Shown: positions 1 to 9,019, counted from the first letter of the whole stretch. The stretch is 63,978 nucleotides of DNA, filler included, from an uncultured bacterium (GCA_964429075.1; 15 parts of 15 records of this genome joined end to end with filler, not necessarily neighbours in it), one strand, 5' to 3'. The notes: a model not told the origin generated them from the sequence alone. A program made the numbers and translations.

Positions 1-123
1 TCTTATGATTTATCAAAAAGTAGGCGGGTTTTTTTTTTTTTTTTATATATTTTTTTCACTTTCGATAGTGATATGGGTGTTCAGGCATTAGATGTTTAAA
101 AAAAATATAGATAGTGTTAAAAG

Positions 124-582
124 ATGTCTATGAAGAAATGGCAGAAAAAAAAGACAGAACAACTGGTTGAGCTTTTTCAAAAGGCACCAATAGTACGTAC
201 AATGGGGATGCAATTAGCCTTTACAGATGATGCTCGGGCAAAGATATATATGCCCTACAACCCTGCTTTTGATCATGGTCTGTTTGCAGTGCATGGTGGT
301 GTCTATATGACACTTCTTGACAATGCTGGTTGGTTCACCTCTGCTGCTAATATAGAGGATAACATATGGGTGGCTACATCGAGTATCTCTATTCAACTTT
401 TAAGACCTGTAAAAAAGATGGGATTACTCGCAGAGGGGTGGTTGTTGAAATCCGGCAAAAGGCAGGATTATTGTGAGATGAAGCTGTTTGACGATCAAAA
501 GCGTCTTGTTGCTCATGCAATCGGTGTTTTTACAAAGATTGAAAGTATTGATTACGACCCAGAAGTTATGAAGAGGTTTTAG
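124..582 (+). CDS. PaaI-family (hotdog fold) thioesterase
   Basis: HGG-x4-LLD motif (VHGGVYMTLLDNAG), 152 aa, followed by typical hotdog strands (IQLLRPV, KSGKR). Confidence 0.85.
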   Translation: MSMKKWQKKKTEQLVELFQKAPIVRTMGMQLAFTDDARAKIYMPYNPAFDHGLFAVHGGVYMTLLDNAGWFTSAANIEDNIWVATSSISIQLLRPVKKMGLLAEGWLLKSGKRQDYCEMKLFDDQKRLVAHAIGVFTKIESIDYDPEVMKRF

Positions 583-584
583 CA

Positions 585-1427
585 ATGAAAAAACTGTTTT
601 TTACCCTATTTATACTATTCATTTATTATGCATTTTTTCAGGTCTCCAGAGCGGATGAGTATATATCTAATGATCCTCTCTCAACAAGACTGATGTCAAT
701 GGGAATGAGCGGTACAGCAGGTGCGACAGGTATAGATTGTATTGCGAAGAATCCGGCCTGTCTCTCATTATATAAAGTATATAGATTTGAATTTAATTAT
801 CTTTTTCGATCTCCTCAAAAGAATGGTAGGTATTCCCTCTCTATAGCTGATTCAAAGACCTCAGATGTTGCTGCAGGATTTTCATGGAGCCTTTCAAATA
901 ATCAGGGAGCAAAGAGACAGGTCTTTTATTTTCCTACAGCCTATGTCACAGGTGCTCATTCACATTTTGGGACAACCGTTAAATGGTTTAAATATTCCAG
1001 TGAAGATACATCTATCTCAAGGGTAACCCTTGACGCAGGAATGGTTGTTTCAATATCAAAGTTCATCTCAATAGGTGCTGCTGGATATAATCTAATAGAT
1101 ATCGATCTAAAAGATACTCCACTTTCTTTTAGTTACGGCCTACATGTAAGTCTTTTAGGGATAGGATTCGATCTGGATCAGTATATAGAGTATGAAAGGA
1201 ATTCTGATGGCAGAAGGCCATGGAGTCTTTCAGCTGGAGCTGAATATGTGATTGATGGTGTCTTCCCTATAAGGGCCGGATACAAGCTTGAAGGAATAAC
1301 AAAAAATTCCTACATAACCTTTGGATCGGGTATCTACTCTGGTGGGCTCCTTTTAGAGATCGGGATGGCAAAACAGCTTAAGGGTGATAGTATATATATA
1401 TCTGGTGCAATAGGTTTTTATCTATAG
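585..1427 (+). CDS. Secreted outer-membrane beta-barrel protein (PorV/UPF0164/FadL-like)
   Basis: N-terminal signal peptide, STRLMSMG..G..NPA plug motif, alternating amphipathic strands (LDAG, AGAEY, IRAGY), aromatic C-terminus. Confidence 0.65.
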   Translation: MKKLFFTLFILFIYYAFFQVSRADEYISNDPLSTRLMSMGMSGTAGATGIDCIAKNPACLSLYKVYRFEFNYLFRSPQKNGRYSLSIADSKTSDVAAGFSWSLSNNQGAKRQVFYFPTAYVTGAHSHFGTTVKWFKYSSEDTSISRVTLDAGMVVSISKFISIGAAGYNLIDIDLKDTPLSFSYGLHVSLLGIGFDLDQYIEYERNSDGRRPWSLSAGAEYVIDGVFPIRAGYKLEGITKNSYITFGSGIYSGGLLLEIGMAKQLKGDSIYISGAIGFYL

Positions 1428-1609
1428 AGTCTTTTGTAGAATCGTGCCGATTTAGGGTCTGGTGTGTAGTGTTCTAATTTTTTGGGTGAACCTTTTCTGG
1501 ATAAGGTCTTTTTAGGCAGTGGAAATAGGACGGTAAAGATACCTGATAATAGGTATTTGATAAATCCTCTCCTTGAAGGCATATTATATTTTCTTGTTAT
1601 AGTGTTCAT
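1418..1609 (-). CDS. Small twin-arginine (Tat-like) peptide downstream of AmmeMemoRadiSam radical SAM gene
   Basis: Starts 3 nt after the radical SAM stop with GGAG upstream. Contains SRRGFIK, a hydrophobic stretch, and C-terminal ARFYKRL. Confidence 0.6.
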   Translation of the reverse strand: MNTITRKYNMPSRRGFIKYLLSGIFTVLFPLPKKTLSRKGSPKKLEHYTPDPKSARFYKRLYR

Positions 1610-1612
1610 CTT

Positions 1613-2599
1613 TTAATTACTCCATATACCCTCAATCTCTGTACCACAGTATTTACATCTACCGTTTGATAAGGCGTATTCCCAGATCCTGTAGCCACGT
1701 CTGCCTATTATAATCTTACCACAGGTTGGGCAGAAGGTGTTGTTACCTTCATGTCCTGGGACATTTCCAACATATACATATTTTAATCCCTGATCCATGG
1801 CTATCTTCCTTGCCCTCGTAAGGGTACTGACTGGTGTAGGAGGAAGGTTTTTCATCCTGTACATTGGCCAGAAACGTGAAAAGTGAAGAGGTGTTTCAGG
1901 GCCAAGATTATCTCTGATCCATCCTGCAAGGGCCTTAGTTTCAGAGGGAGAATCGTTCATCCCGGGCAGAACGAGGTTGGTAATTTCCACCCAGACTCCC
2001 ATGGATTTCATAACCACAAGGGCATCAAGGACAGCCTTCAGGCTCCCGGAGCAAACCTCATGATAGTATTTTTTAGAAAATGACTTGAGATCAACATTTG
2101 CAGCATCCATAAGTGGGCACAATTCTCTAAGTGGATCCTCTTCTATAGTAAGGGCCGTAATCATGAGATTTAAAAGACCTGCTTTTTTTGCAATCTTTGC
2201 ACAGTCGAAGGTATATTCATAAAAAACAACAGGCTCAGAATATGTGTAGGCTATAGATCTGCATCCATATATCTCAGCTTCTCCAATCACCCTGTCTGGT
2301 GGTAGATAGATATTCTGGGTCTGTTCTGGTTCTCTTTGAGATATTTCCCAGTTCTGACAGAACTTACAGTGAAGATTGCAGCCTGCTGTTGCTATTGAAT
2401 ATGCAGAAGATCCAGGAAGGACATGAAATAGTGGCTTTTTTTCAATTGGATCTACATGTCTTGCACATACGGTTGCATATACCAGGGTCTTTAACTCACC
2501 ATCGAGATTAATTCTTACCCTGCAGTCACCACGCTGACCGTTTACCAGTTCGCACCTCTTATAACAGAGTGTGCACTGAACTGGAAGAGCTTTTTGCAT
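1613..2599 (-). CDS. amrS: AmmeMemoRadiSam system radical SAM enzyme
   Basis: N-terminal CxxCxxxC, DPIEKKPLFH, SAM motif GCNLHCKFCQN, YTYSEP, HFSRF, YVYVGNV, and C-terminal CxxC...CxxC. Confidence 0.9.
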   Translation of the reverse strand: MQKALPVQCTLCYKRCELVNGQRGDCRVRINLDGELKTLVYATVCARHVDPIEKKPLFHVLPGSSAYSIATAGCNLHCKFCQNWEISQREPEQTQNIYLPPDRVIGEAEIYGCRSIAYTYSEPVVFYEYTFDCAKIAKKAGLLNLMITALTIEEDPLRELCPLMDAANVDLKSFSKKYYHEVCSGSLKAVLDALVVMKSMGVWVEITNLVLPGMNDSPSETKALAGWIRDNLGPETPLHFSRFWPMYRMKNLPPTPVSTLTRARKIAMDQGLKYVYVGNVPGHEGNNTFCPTCGKIIIGRRGYRIWEYALSNGRCKYCGTEIEGIWSN

Positions 2600-2601
2600 G
2601 G

Positions 2602-3921
2602 TTATTCACCATTGATATATAGATACCCCATATCCTTACCGTCGCTTGCCATTCCCTTTGCAGGAGAGCTATCAGATAAAGAAAAGTCGTCGCTGGACGG
2701 ATTATTAAATTCAGGATCTTTGCAGATATTACCATCTGGATCATTATCGGTAAAGGGACAATCACCCTGACCACTCCACAGGCAGCTGTGTGAAAAAGAT
2801 ATGCTGTATTCACTTGGCAGTGGTTCGTCTTCTGTGCTGTAAATTATTGAATCGGTAACACTCATTGTGAATGCCGGATCCTTTGGGGAGTATAGTTCAT
2901 AACCACCATTTTCATAAATTGTGGAGTGATTTATAGAGACATCTGATTCAGTTGCCCAGATCCCACCAGTAAACCCAGAAAAATTTTTATAGACCAAAAG
3001 GTTGTTGCCTGTAAAATCTGAGCGGTAAACAGCTATAGCTGCACCTTTATTACAGTTGTTGACAGTAATAATACCGTTTGTCAGAAACACATCTGTTGAT
3101 TCTTCCAAGTAGATGCCACCACCCATTGAGTCTGCTTCATTATCAGAGATCCAGAGATCTTCAAGCGTTATGTTTTTGCTATTGATAATGGAGATTCCGC
3201 CTCCTGAGGTTGCAGAACCGCTTCTTATATCAAAACCAGAAAAGGTAATATCCATTGATTGTTCAAAGGTTACAATAGGCCCCTTTTTGTCTGGATCTTT
3301 TCTTATTTTTATATATTCGATTGCAGCCCTTATTATCAAGTTCTTTTTGTCTTTGATTATTATATTTTCTTGATACCGCTGGTCTGATGTGGTGTTTGGT
3401 CTGACCTCAATGATATCTCCTTCACTGGCAAAATTGATGGCCGACTGTATGGTTGGAAGATTGTTTGGAACCCTGATAAGATTGTCAGGTAGATCACCCG
3501 GATCCTTTGGGTCTGAACCGAGTACTACTTCCCTTAAGTTTGTTGCACCATCATTGTCGTCATCATAAGAGGTATTGAAATCTGACCTATCAATATTGAG
3601 GAATGTCTTTTTGTTTTTCTCAATTGATACATCGCTTTCATAGCTTGCAAGATCAACAGGACCACTCACACCTGCTGCACTGTATATCAATTTGAGATGA
3701 TATGTTCCCGCCTTTATGGATATATTACCTGAGAAGGTTCTTTTTGTTTGATCAATATCCAGCTCAAAATAGTTGTCATCCAGGAACAGTTTGACCTTCT
3801 GGCCAGAGAGGGCCGGACTCTGAATGAAATCTAAAGCAGGGATTACAATATTCTGTCTGTTTGCACAGCTACTTACCAAAAAGATTAAATATATGCTTAC
3901 AGATAAAAGAAGCTTTTTCAT
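2602..3921 (-). CDS. Lipoprotein with right-handed beta-helix (pectin lyase-like) domain and acidic Ca-binding repeat
   Basis: Likely start MKKLLL at 3921, lipobox LVSSC, DDDNDGATNLRE repeat, VP..PTIQSAI, GGGI repeats, C-terminal DP.F...SPA...DMG. Confidence 0.7.
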   Translation of the reverse strand: MKKLLLSVSIYLIFLVSSCANRQNIVIPALDFIQSPALSGQKVKLFLDDNYFELDIDQTKRTFSGNISIKAGTYHLKLIYSAAGVSGPVDLASYESDVSIEKNKKTFLNIDRSDFNTSYDDDNDGATNLREVVLGSDPKDPGDLPDNLIRVPNNLPTIQSAINFASEGDIIEVRPNTTSDQRYQENIIIKDKKNLIIRAAIEYIKIRKDPDKKGPIVTFEQSMDITFSGFDIRSGSATSGGGISIINSKNITLEDLWISDNEADSMGGGIYLEESTDVFLTNGIITVNNCNKGAAIAVYRSDFTGNNLLVYKNFSGFTGGIWATESDVSINHSTIYENGGYELYSPKDPAFTMSVTDSIIYSTEDEPLPSEYSISFSHSCLWSGQGDCPFTDNDPDGNICKDPEFNNPSSDDFSLSDSSPAKGMASDGKDMGYLYINGE

Positions 3922-3928
3922 ATAACCT

Positions 3929-3957
3929 TTTATAGGACAGCCAATTGAGCAAGTCAA
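3929..3957 (-). promoter_or_regulatory. Putative sigma70 promoter positioned for a leaderless transcript
   Basis: TTGACT-17 nt-TATAAA, then 7 nt to the ATG at 3921. Confidence 0.45.
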
Positions 3958-4007
3958 CCCTCATCAGGATACTTTTGAGAAATTATATCGATATTCCAGC
4001 TTTAAAT

Positions 4008-4298
4008 CTATTCAAATTTTGCACAACCATCATCTGGCAGGCCAAGAGAGTCTTCAAAATCTGGATCTTGAGGTGGCAATTTTATTACCTCAAACAGATG
4101 TGAGATAAAAAATGAAGAATCTGGATCGATTTCTGGATTTTTACCAACTTTCTGATTAAGTGGACTATCTTTTGAATAGAGCCTGATATTAGGTAATTTG
4201 TCTGGCTTTTTATCTAAGTTAAAGTTATTCTCGATTCCTTTTTTAGTGTTACATGAAAGATTTATAAAAAATGCAATTATTGTAAAAAGTCGGATCAC
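4008..4298 (-). CDS. Short lipoprotein-like ORF, possibly a truncated gene remnant
   Basis: GTG start, signal peptide ending NLSC; RLYSKDSPLNQ..PEIDPDS reads like the start of a larger secreted domain but the ORF stops at 96 aa. Confidence 0.35.
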   Translation of the reverse strand: MIRLFTIIAFFINLSCNTKKGIENNFNLDKKPDKLPNIRLYSKDSPLNQKVGKNPEIDPDSSFFISHLFEVIKLPPQDPDFEDSLGLPDDGCAKFE

Positions 4299-4406
4299 TT
4301 TTATATAAAAACTAATCGTAATTTTATCTAACTCAATGTATAAAAAAGTAAAGAGATAATGAGGTGTTAATATCCTTATGAAATATGTGTAACATAACTA
4401 TAAAGA

Positions 4407-4506
4407 NNNNNNNNNNNNNNNNNNNNNNNNNNNNNNNNNNNNNNNNNNNNTTAATTAATTAANNNNNNNNNNNNNNNNNNNNNNNNNNNNNNNNNNNNNN
4501 NNNNNN
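4407..4506. other. Artificial contig-joining spacer (first of 14)
   Basis: 44N-TTAATTAATTAA-44N, stops in all six frames. Recurs at 8873, 13271, 17662, 22021, 26354, 30685, 34991, 39290, 43574, 47849, 52123, 56378 and 60622. Intervening contig lengths decrease monotonically (4366 to 4144 bp). Confidence 0.98.
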
Positions 4507-5138
4507 TTTTTCAACTGTTTTGCCCTTTCTACTTTAACCTTATGATCCTGTGCCTCTAAGAATAGATTATTAATTAATTGATTTATCACTACAGACTCAC
4601 TGAAGGCAATAAGTATTTTATTGAGTCCTTCACAGATCCCATCACCAGAGGGTGCAATCCAGAGCAGTTCAGGCGCTTTTTGATCTTTTGCATCTTTAGT
4701 ATACACCGGTATCCTGAGATAATCTGAATCATTATCTACACGCAATGGTATCCCTCTAATGTCAACAATATCCTTTGAGAAGAGAAGCAGGTATATAGAT
4801 GCAGGTCTGAGATCTTCAATTGGATCGACCGTAATCATTTTTTTGTATTGAAATACCTGTACTGGGACAGAATCTTTTTCTATATCAATATTCTGTGGCA
4901 AATAAGGATCTGTTTCAAAAATTCTGCCAAGGTATATTAAGTGAATATTTTTTGAAGAAATAGTATCGCGTGATGGTGTTTTATTAAATTCGATTTTGAT
5001 AACGCTATCATTATCAATGATAATTCCCTTTTTGTAGGTATCGGGTATAGAGAATCCTAAAGTATCAATACTATCAAAGTTCATACAACTAAAAAGAGGG
5101 ATAAGGATAGAAAGTATGGTTATCAACTTTATTTTCAT
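4507..5138 (-). CDS. Ig-like (Big_5-type) domain lipoprotein, 3' truncated by contig end
   Basis: Lipobox LFSC; I.IEFNK, P..DLRPAS.Y.L, I.DIRGIPL and AFSESV patterns typical of Big_5 repeats. Confidence 0.6.
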
Positions 5139-5731
5139 TATTTTTCCTCCTTTTTTATAAAATCAGGGCAGTGAGATTTAATAAATCTTTTAATCTTGCC
5201 GTTTGTATAGAGGATCAGTTTTGCATCATAATTCTGAATGTCAATCACAGAATCTCTATTTTTTGATCTGAAATAGTTAATATATGCTTCTTTCCTTGCC
5301 AGATACACCTCTGTTGCATCTTTTAAAAGATCAAATAGGTATTCCATCCAGTAGAGTTTTTCCCTTGCTGCCCTGAGTTCATCACCGTTGTATATCAAGT
5401 TTGAAAGGTCCCAGGATACCTCAACTTTGTAGGAGATATTCTTTGAGATATTCTGGCTCTGCTCAGGATACTGCAAAACCTCAATGCTTTTTGTATCCTT
5501 AGAGCTATCCGTAATCTCTGTTCTTGCATTAATCTCAGGCAGCCAGGCTGAGACCCTTGCCCTCTTTATCCATCCATCAACACCTGCATCCACATAGCCA
5601 GAACTATTCTTTACCATTTTAAGAAACAGTGTAGCATCAGGAAGACACCTGTTTGGGACAGGTTCTTCAGAGAATGCGAGGTGATTGATAAAAAGAGTAA
5701 CCACAAATATAATAGTCTGTATATTTTTCAT
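5138..5731 (-). CDS. Secreted hypothetical protein, possibly a single outer-membrane-efflux (TolC-like) repeat
   Basis: Signal peptide (LAFS); helix-RARVSAWLPEI-strand...VSWDLSNLIY-long helix. Confidence 0.55.
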   Translation of the reverse strand: MKNIQTIIFVVTLFINHLAFSEEPVPNRCLPDATLFLKMVKNSSGYVDAGVDGWIKRARVSAWLPEINARTEITDSSKDTKSIEVLQYPEQSQNISKNISYKVEVSWDLSNLIYNGDELRAAREKLYWMEYLFDLLKDATEVYLARKEAYINYFRSKNRDSVIDIQNYDAKLILYTNGKIKRFIKSHCPDFIKKEEK

Positions 5732-5742
5732 GGCAGTCTCCT

Positions 5743-6210
5743 TTATATTTTCAAAAGTTCTCTCAATATAGACTTAAAATTGATGTTTTCTTTTTCTATT
5801 TGTAATGGAATTATCTGCCATCTAAGGAGTATAAAAAATTCAACATGACTTTTGATCTTTTTGCTTTCAAATCTATAGGATGGTGTAATACCTATCCTGA
5901 CAACTGGTAGAAGTTTTGAAAGAAATATTTTTCTGCTTATCTTTACTATACTTTTTTTGAATAGCTCTATGTTTTTATCTTTTATATAAAATTTTGATCT
6001 TGATTTCTGTAGTCTCCTGTTTATACATAGGCAGAGGTCTTCAGGGCTACCATTCAGGATTAAATAGGTGCTGCATTCTCTAAAAAAGGTCTCTTTTTGC
6101 ATATCGTAAGATTTATCGATTGTCTCAAGGCAGCTTAAAAGATCTGATTTTGCTTGGATCTTTTCTGTAAAGAGTAGGAATGTTAAAAGGCAGAATATTG
6201 TGGTTTTCAT
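5743..6210 (-). CDS. Secreted hypothetical protein
   Basis: Signal peptide (IQA), directly abuts recA stop; LLPVVRIG...ILLRW resembles the neighbouring protein's LP-strand-W pattern. Confidence 0.5.
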   Translation of the reverse strand: MKTTIFCLLTFLLFTEKIQAKSDLLSCLETIDKSYDMQKETFFRECSTYLILNGSPEDLCLCINRRLQKSRSKFYIKDKNIELFKKSIVKISRKIFLSKLLPVVRIGITPSYRFESKKIKSHVEFFILLRWQIIPLQIEKENINFKSILRELLKI

Positions 6211-7173
6211 CTAAGCACTCTCCATAATCATGGCCGCTATCTGAGGATCCTGGCATAGTGTTAGAATTGCCTTCTGTTTACCATGTCCCAGTTTTTTATC
6301 TGAAAAACAGTACCATGAGCCCTCTTTTGTAATGATATTTTTCTGCAGTCCAAGTTCAAGGATCTCTTCGTTCCTGTCAGGTCCTTTACCAAAATATATG
6401 GGCACAACACAGTTTCTGTATGGAGGGGATAACTTGTTTTTAACAACCGTTATCTGTATCTTCTGTCCTATCTTTTTCTCCCCATCCTTAAGGATCTCTC
6501 TCCTTTTTAATTCAATCCTCATAGAGGCATAAAATTTAAGTGCATTACCCCCTGTAGTGGTTGTATTTGGACCATAGAGAACACCTATCTTTGATCTCAG
6601 CTGGTTGATAAAAATCACAGTTGTACCTGTCTTATAGGCTGAGATGGCTATCTTTCTTATTCCCTGACTCATCAATCTTGCCTGTAGTCCGATTTTCCCC
6701 TCACCCATTGAACCTTCAAGTTCTGAACGTGGGACAAGGGCTGCTACTGAATCCACAACTATAAGTGATATAGCCTCTGATTTAACAAGTGAATGGGTGA
6801 TTTCAAGGGCCTGTTCTCCGTAGTCTGGCTGGGAGATAATAAGATCCTTCAGGTCTACTCCCAGTGTCTCTGCATAGTTAATATCAAGGGAGTGTTCTGC
6901 ATCAATAAATGCACAGATTCCACCTTTTTTCTGATGTTCAGAAATAGCAAGGAGGGCAAAGGTAGTCTTACCAGTTGATTCCTCACCAAAGATCTCTACT
7001 ATCCTGCCTTTTGGATAGCCACCTATTCCTGTGGCCATATCCAACAGAAGTGAACCGGTTGAAACTGCATCTACCTCAGGCCTTGTCTCTCTGTCCATCT
7101 TCATTATACTTCCTTCACCAAAGGTTTTTTTGATCTGCTTGATGATTGATTCAAGCCTCTTTTCCTGTTTCAT
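6211..7173 (-). CDS. recA: Recombinase RecA (divergent, short C-terminus)
   Basis: FGEGSIM, Walker A GEESTGKTT, FIDAEH, VVDSVAALVP, ARLMSQ, FINQLR, GGNALKFYAS, VVKNK; GGAGG RBS. Confidence 0.95.
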   Translation of the reverse strand: MKQEKRLESIIKQIKKTFGEGSIMKMDRETRPEVDAVSTGSLLLDMATGIGGYPKGRIVEIFGEESTGKTTFALLAISEHQKKGGICAFIDAEHSLDINYAETLGVDLKDLIISQPDYGEQALEITHSLVKSEAISLIVVDSVAALVPRSELEGSMGEGKIGLQARLMSQGIRKIAISAYKTGTTVIFINQLRSKIGVLYGPNTTTTGGNALKFYASMRIELKRREILKDGEKKIGQKIQITVVKNKLSPPYRNCVVPIYFGKGPDRNEEILELGLQKNIITKEGSWYCFSDKKLGHGKQKAILTLCQDPQIAAMIMESA

Positions 7174-7208
7174 AATACCTCCATTGATAATTGATTTTTA
7201 GCCTTTTA

Positions 7209-8738
7209 TTAGTCTCTCAGTCTTGTGGATCTATACTGAATTGCCTCAGCAATATGATGAGATTTTATGTCGTTCTGGCCTTCAAGATCGGCTATGGTTC
7301 GGGCCACTTTTATTATCCTGTGGTAACTACGGGCACTAAGACCCATCTTTTCTACAGCATTCTCAAGTAGTCTTTCACTCTCTCTATCAAGCGGACAATA
7401 CCGATATATCATTGAAGGGGTCATCTGGGCATTGCAGAATATCTTACTTTTTTTAAATCTCTCTCTTTGAGTCTTTCTTGCCTCAGTAACCCTCTTTCTT
7501 ATCTGTTTTGATGATTCGCCTCTCCTTTTATCTGAGAGTTCTTTATATCTTACAGCTGCAACTTCAACAAATATATCTATTCTATCAAGAAGGGGCCCTG
7601 ACAGTCGCGAACGGTATCTCTGGATTGCCCGTGGAGAACAGGTGCACTGATGATAGGGGTCATCAAAATAACCACAGGGGCAGGGGTTCATTGCAGCAAC
7701 GAGCATAAATTCTGAAGGATAGGTTATACTCATTGCAGCCCTTGAGATTGTAACTTTTCGATTTTCAATAGGCTGTCTGAGTACTTCAAGTACCGATTTT
7801 TTAAACTCCAGAAGTTCATCCAGAAACAGTACACCATTGTGCGCCTTGGAGACCTCGCCTGGTTTTGGATACTGTCCACCACCAATCAATGCTACATCAC
7901 TGATTGTATGATGGGGTGATCTGAATGGTCTTGTAGTTATAAGTGGTTTTGATGGATCCAGTAGCCCAGCAACAGAATAGATCTTTGTAGTTTCAACCGC
8001 CTCTTCAAATTCAAGGGGTGGCAATATTGTAACAAGCCTTTTTGCAAGCATGGTCTTACCACTTCCAGGCGGTCCAACAAGAAGAAGGTTATGACCTCCT
8101 GCTGCAGCAACCTCAAGTGCCCTTTTTGCACACTCCTGTCCTTTAACCTCATTAAAGTCTATTGGATATTCCTGCCCCTCTTTTAGGAATTTTTTCGCAT
8201 TACATCTGGTAGGCTCTACTTCAATCTTTCCGCTCAAAAAAGACATTACCTGATCAAGATTTTCAAGACCATATACGTTTACACCCTCTACTACAGAAGC
8301 CTCCTTGGCATTTTGAGCAGGTAGTATTATGCCATCTAATCCAAGGTCGCGTGCAAGTACAGCTGCAGATAGCGTACCTCTTACCCTCCTAAGACTCCCA
8401 TAGAGAGATAGCTCTCCACAGATCAAAAATCTCTGCACTCTCTCTTTTAGTCTGTCACCTTCTTGAGCTACAAGGATGGAGATTGCAATCGGTAAATCAA
8501 AGGATGAGCCCTCTTTTTTGATGTCAGCAGGTGCCATATTTACAATAATTTTTCTGTGGGGGAAAAGAAAACCGGAGTTTAAAATAGCAGACTCTACCCT
8601 GATCCTGCTCTCTTTAACTGCTGTCTCTGGAAGCCCAACAAGATTAAAATTTGTAAGACCCATCTCAAGTCCTGCCTCAACCACGACCCTAAGTGCGTAT
8701 ATACCTTCAAGCGAAAAAGAGTTTACTCTTGCAATCAT
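7209..8738 (-). CDS. comM: YifB/ComM Mg-chelatase-like AAA+ ATPase (DNA branch-migration helicase)
   Basis: VGLPETAVKES, GELSL, KGQE.AKRALEVAAAGGHN, GPPGSGKTM, FRSPHH, FLDE, MNPCPCG, SGPLLDRID, ARTIADL. Confidence 0.93.
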   Translation of the reverse strand: MIARVNSFSLEGIYALRVVVEAGLEMGLTNFNLVGLPETAVKESRIRVESAILNSGFLFPHRKIIVNMAPADIKKEGSSFDLPIAISILVAQEGDRLKERVQRFLICGELSLYGSLRRVRGTLSAAVLARDLGLDGIILPAQNAKEASVVEGVNVYGLENLDQVMSFLSGKIEVEPTRCNAKKFLKEGQEYPIDFNEVKGQECAKRALEVAAAGGHNLLLVGPPGSGKTMLAKRLVTILPPLEFEEAVETTKIYSVAGLLDPSKPLITTRPFRSPHHTISDVALIGGGQYPKPGEVSKAHNGVLFLDELLEFKKSVLEVLRQPIENRKVTISRAAMSITYPSEFMLVAAMNPCPCGYFDDPYHQCTCSPRAIQRYRSRLSGPLLDRIDIFVEVAAVRYKELSDKRRGESSKQIRKRVTEARKTQRERFKKSKIFCNAQMTPSMIYRYCPLDRESERLLENAVEKMGLSARSYHRIIKVARTIADLEGQNDIKSHHIAEAIQYRSTRLRD

Positions 8739-8773
8739 ATTGCAACACCTCTGAAAGATTCATCATGAAAATG

Positions 8774-8788
8774 TCAAATTGTATGCCA
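8774..8788 (-). promoter_or_regulatory. Possible sigma54-type promoter upstream of comM
   Basis: TGGCATACAATTTGA matches the -24 TGGCA with correct spacing, but -12 is TTGA rather than TTGC. Confidence 0.25.
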
Positions 8789-9019
8789 GCCATAATGTTC
8801 AAAATATTGAAAAATTTTGTCTTAAATATATCTAAACAATGGTAATAAAAATCCTAAAAATATCTAGCTAAANNNNNNNNNNNNNNNNNNNNNNNNNNNN
8901 NNNNNNNNNNNNNNNNTTAATTAATTAANNNNNNNNNNNNNNNNNNNNNNNNNNNNNNNNNNNNNNNNNNNNATTCTAAGGCTTGATAAAAAGACAGACC
9001 TTACACTTTTGTTGAGGTA

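Noticed and set aside
22-58. AGGCGGG followed by a long poly-T run (terminator-like)
   Set aside because: No complementary left arm is visible in the window; may be a low-quality homopolymer at a contig edge.
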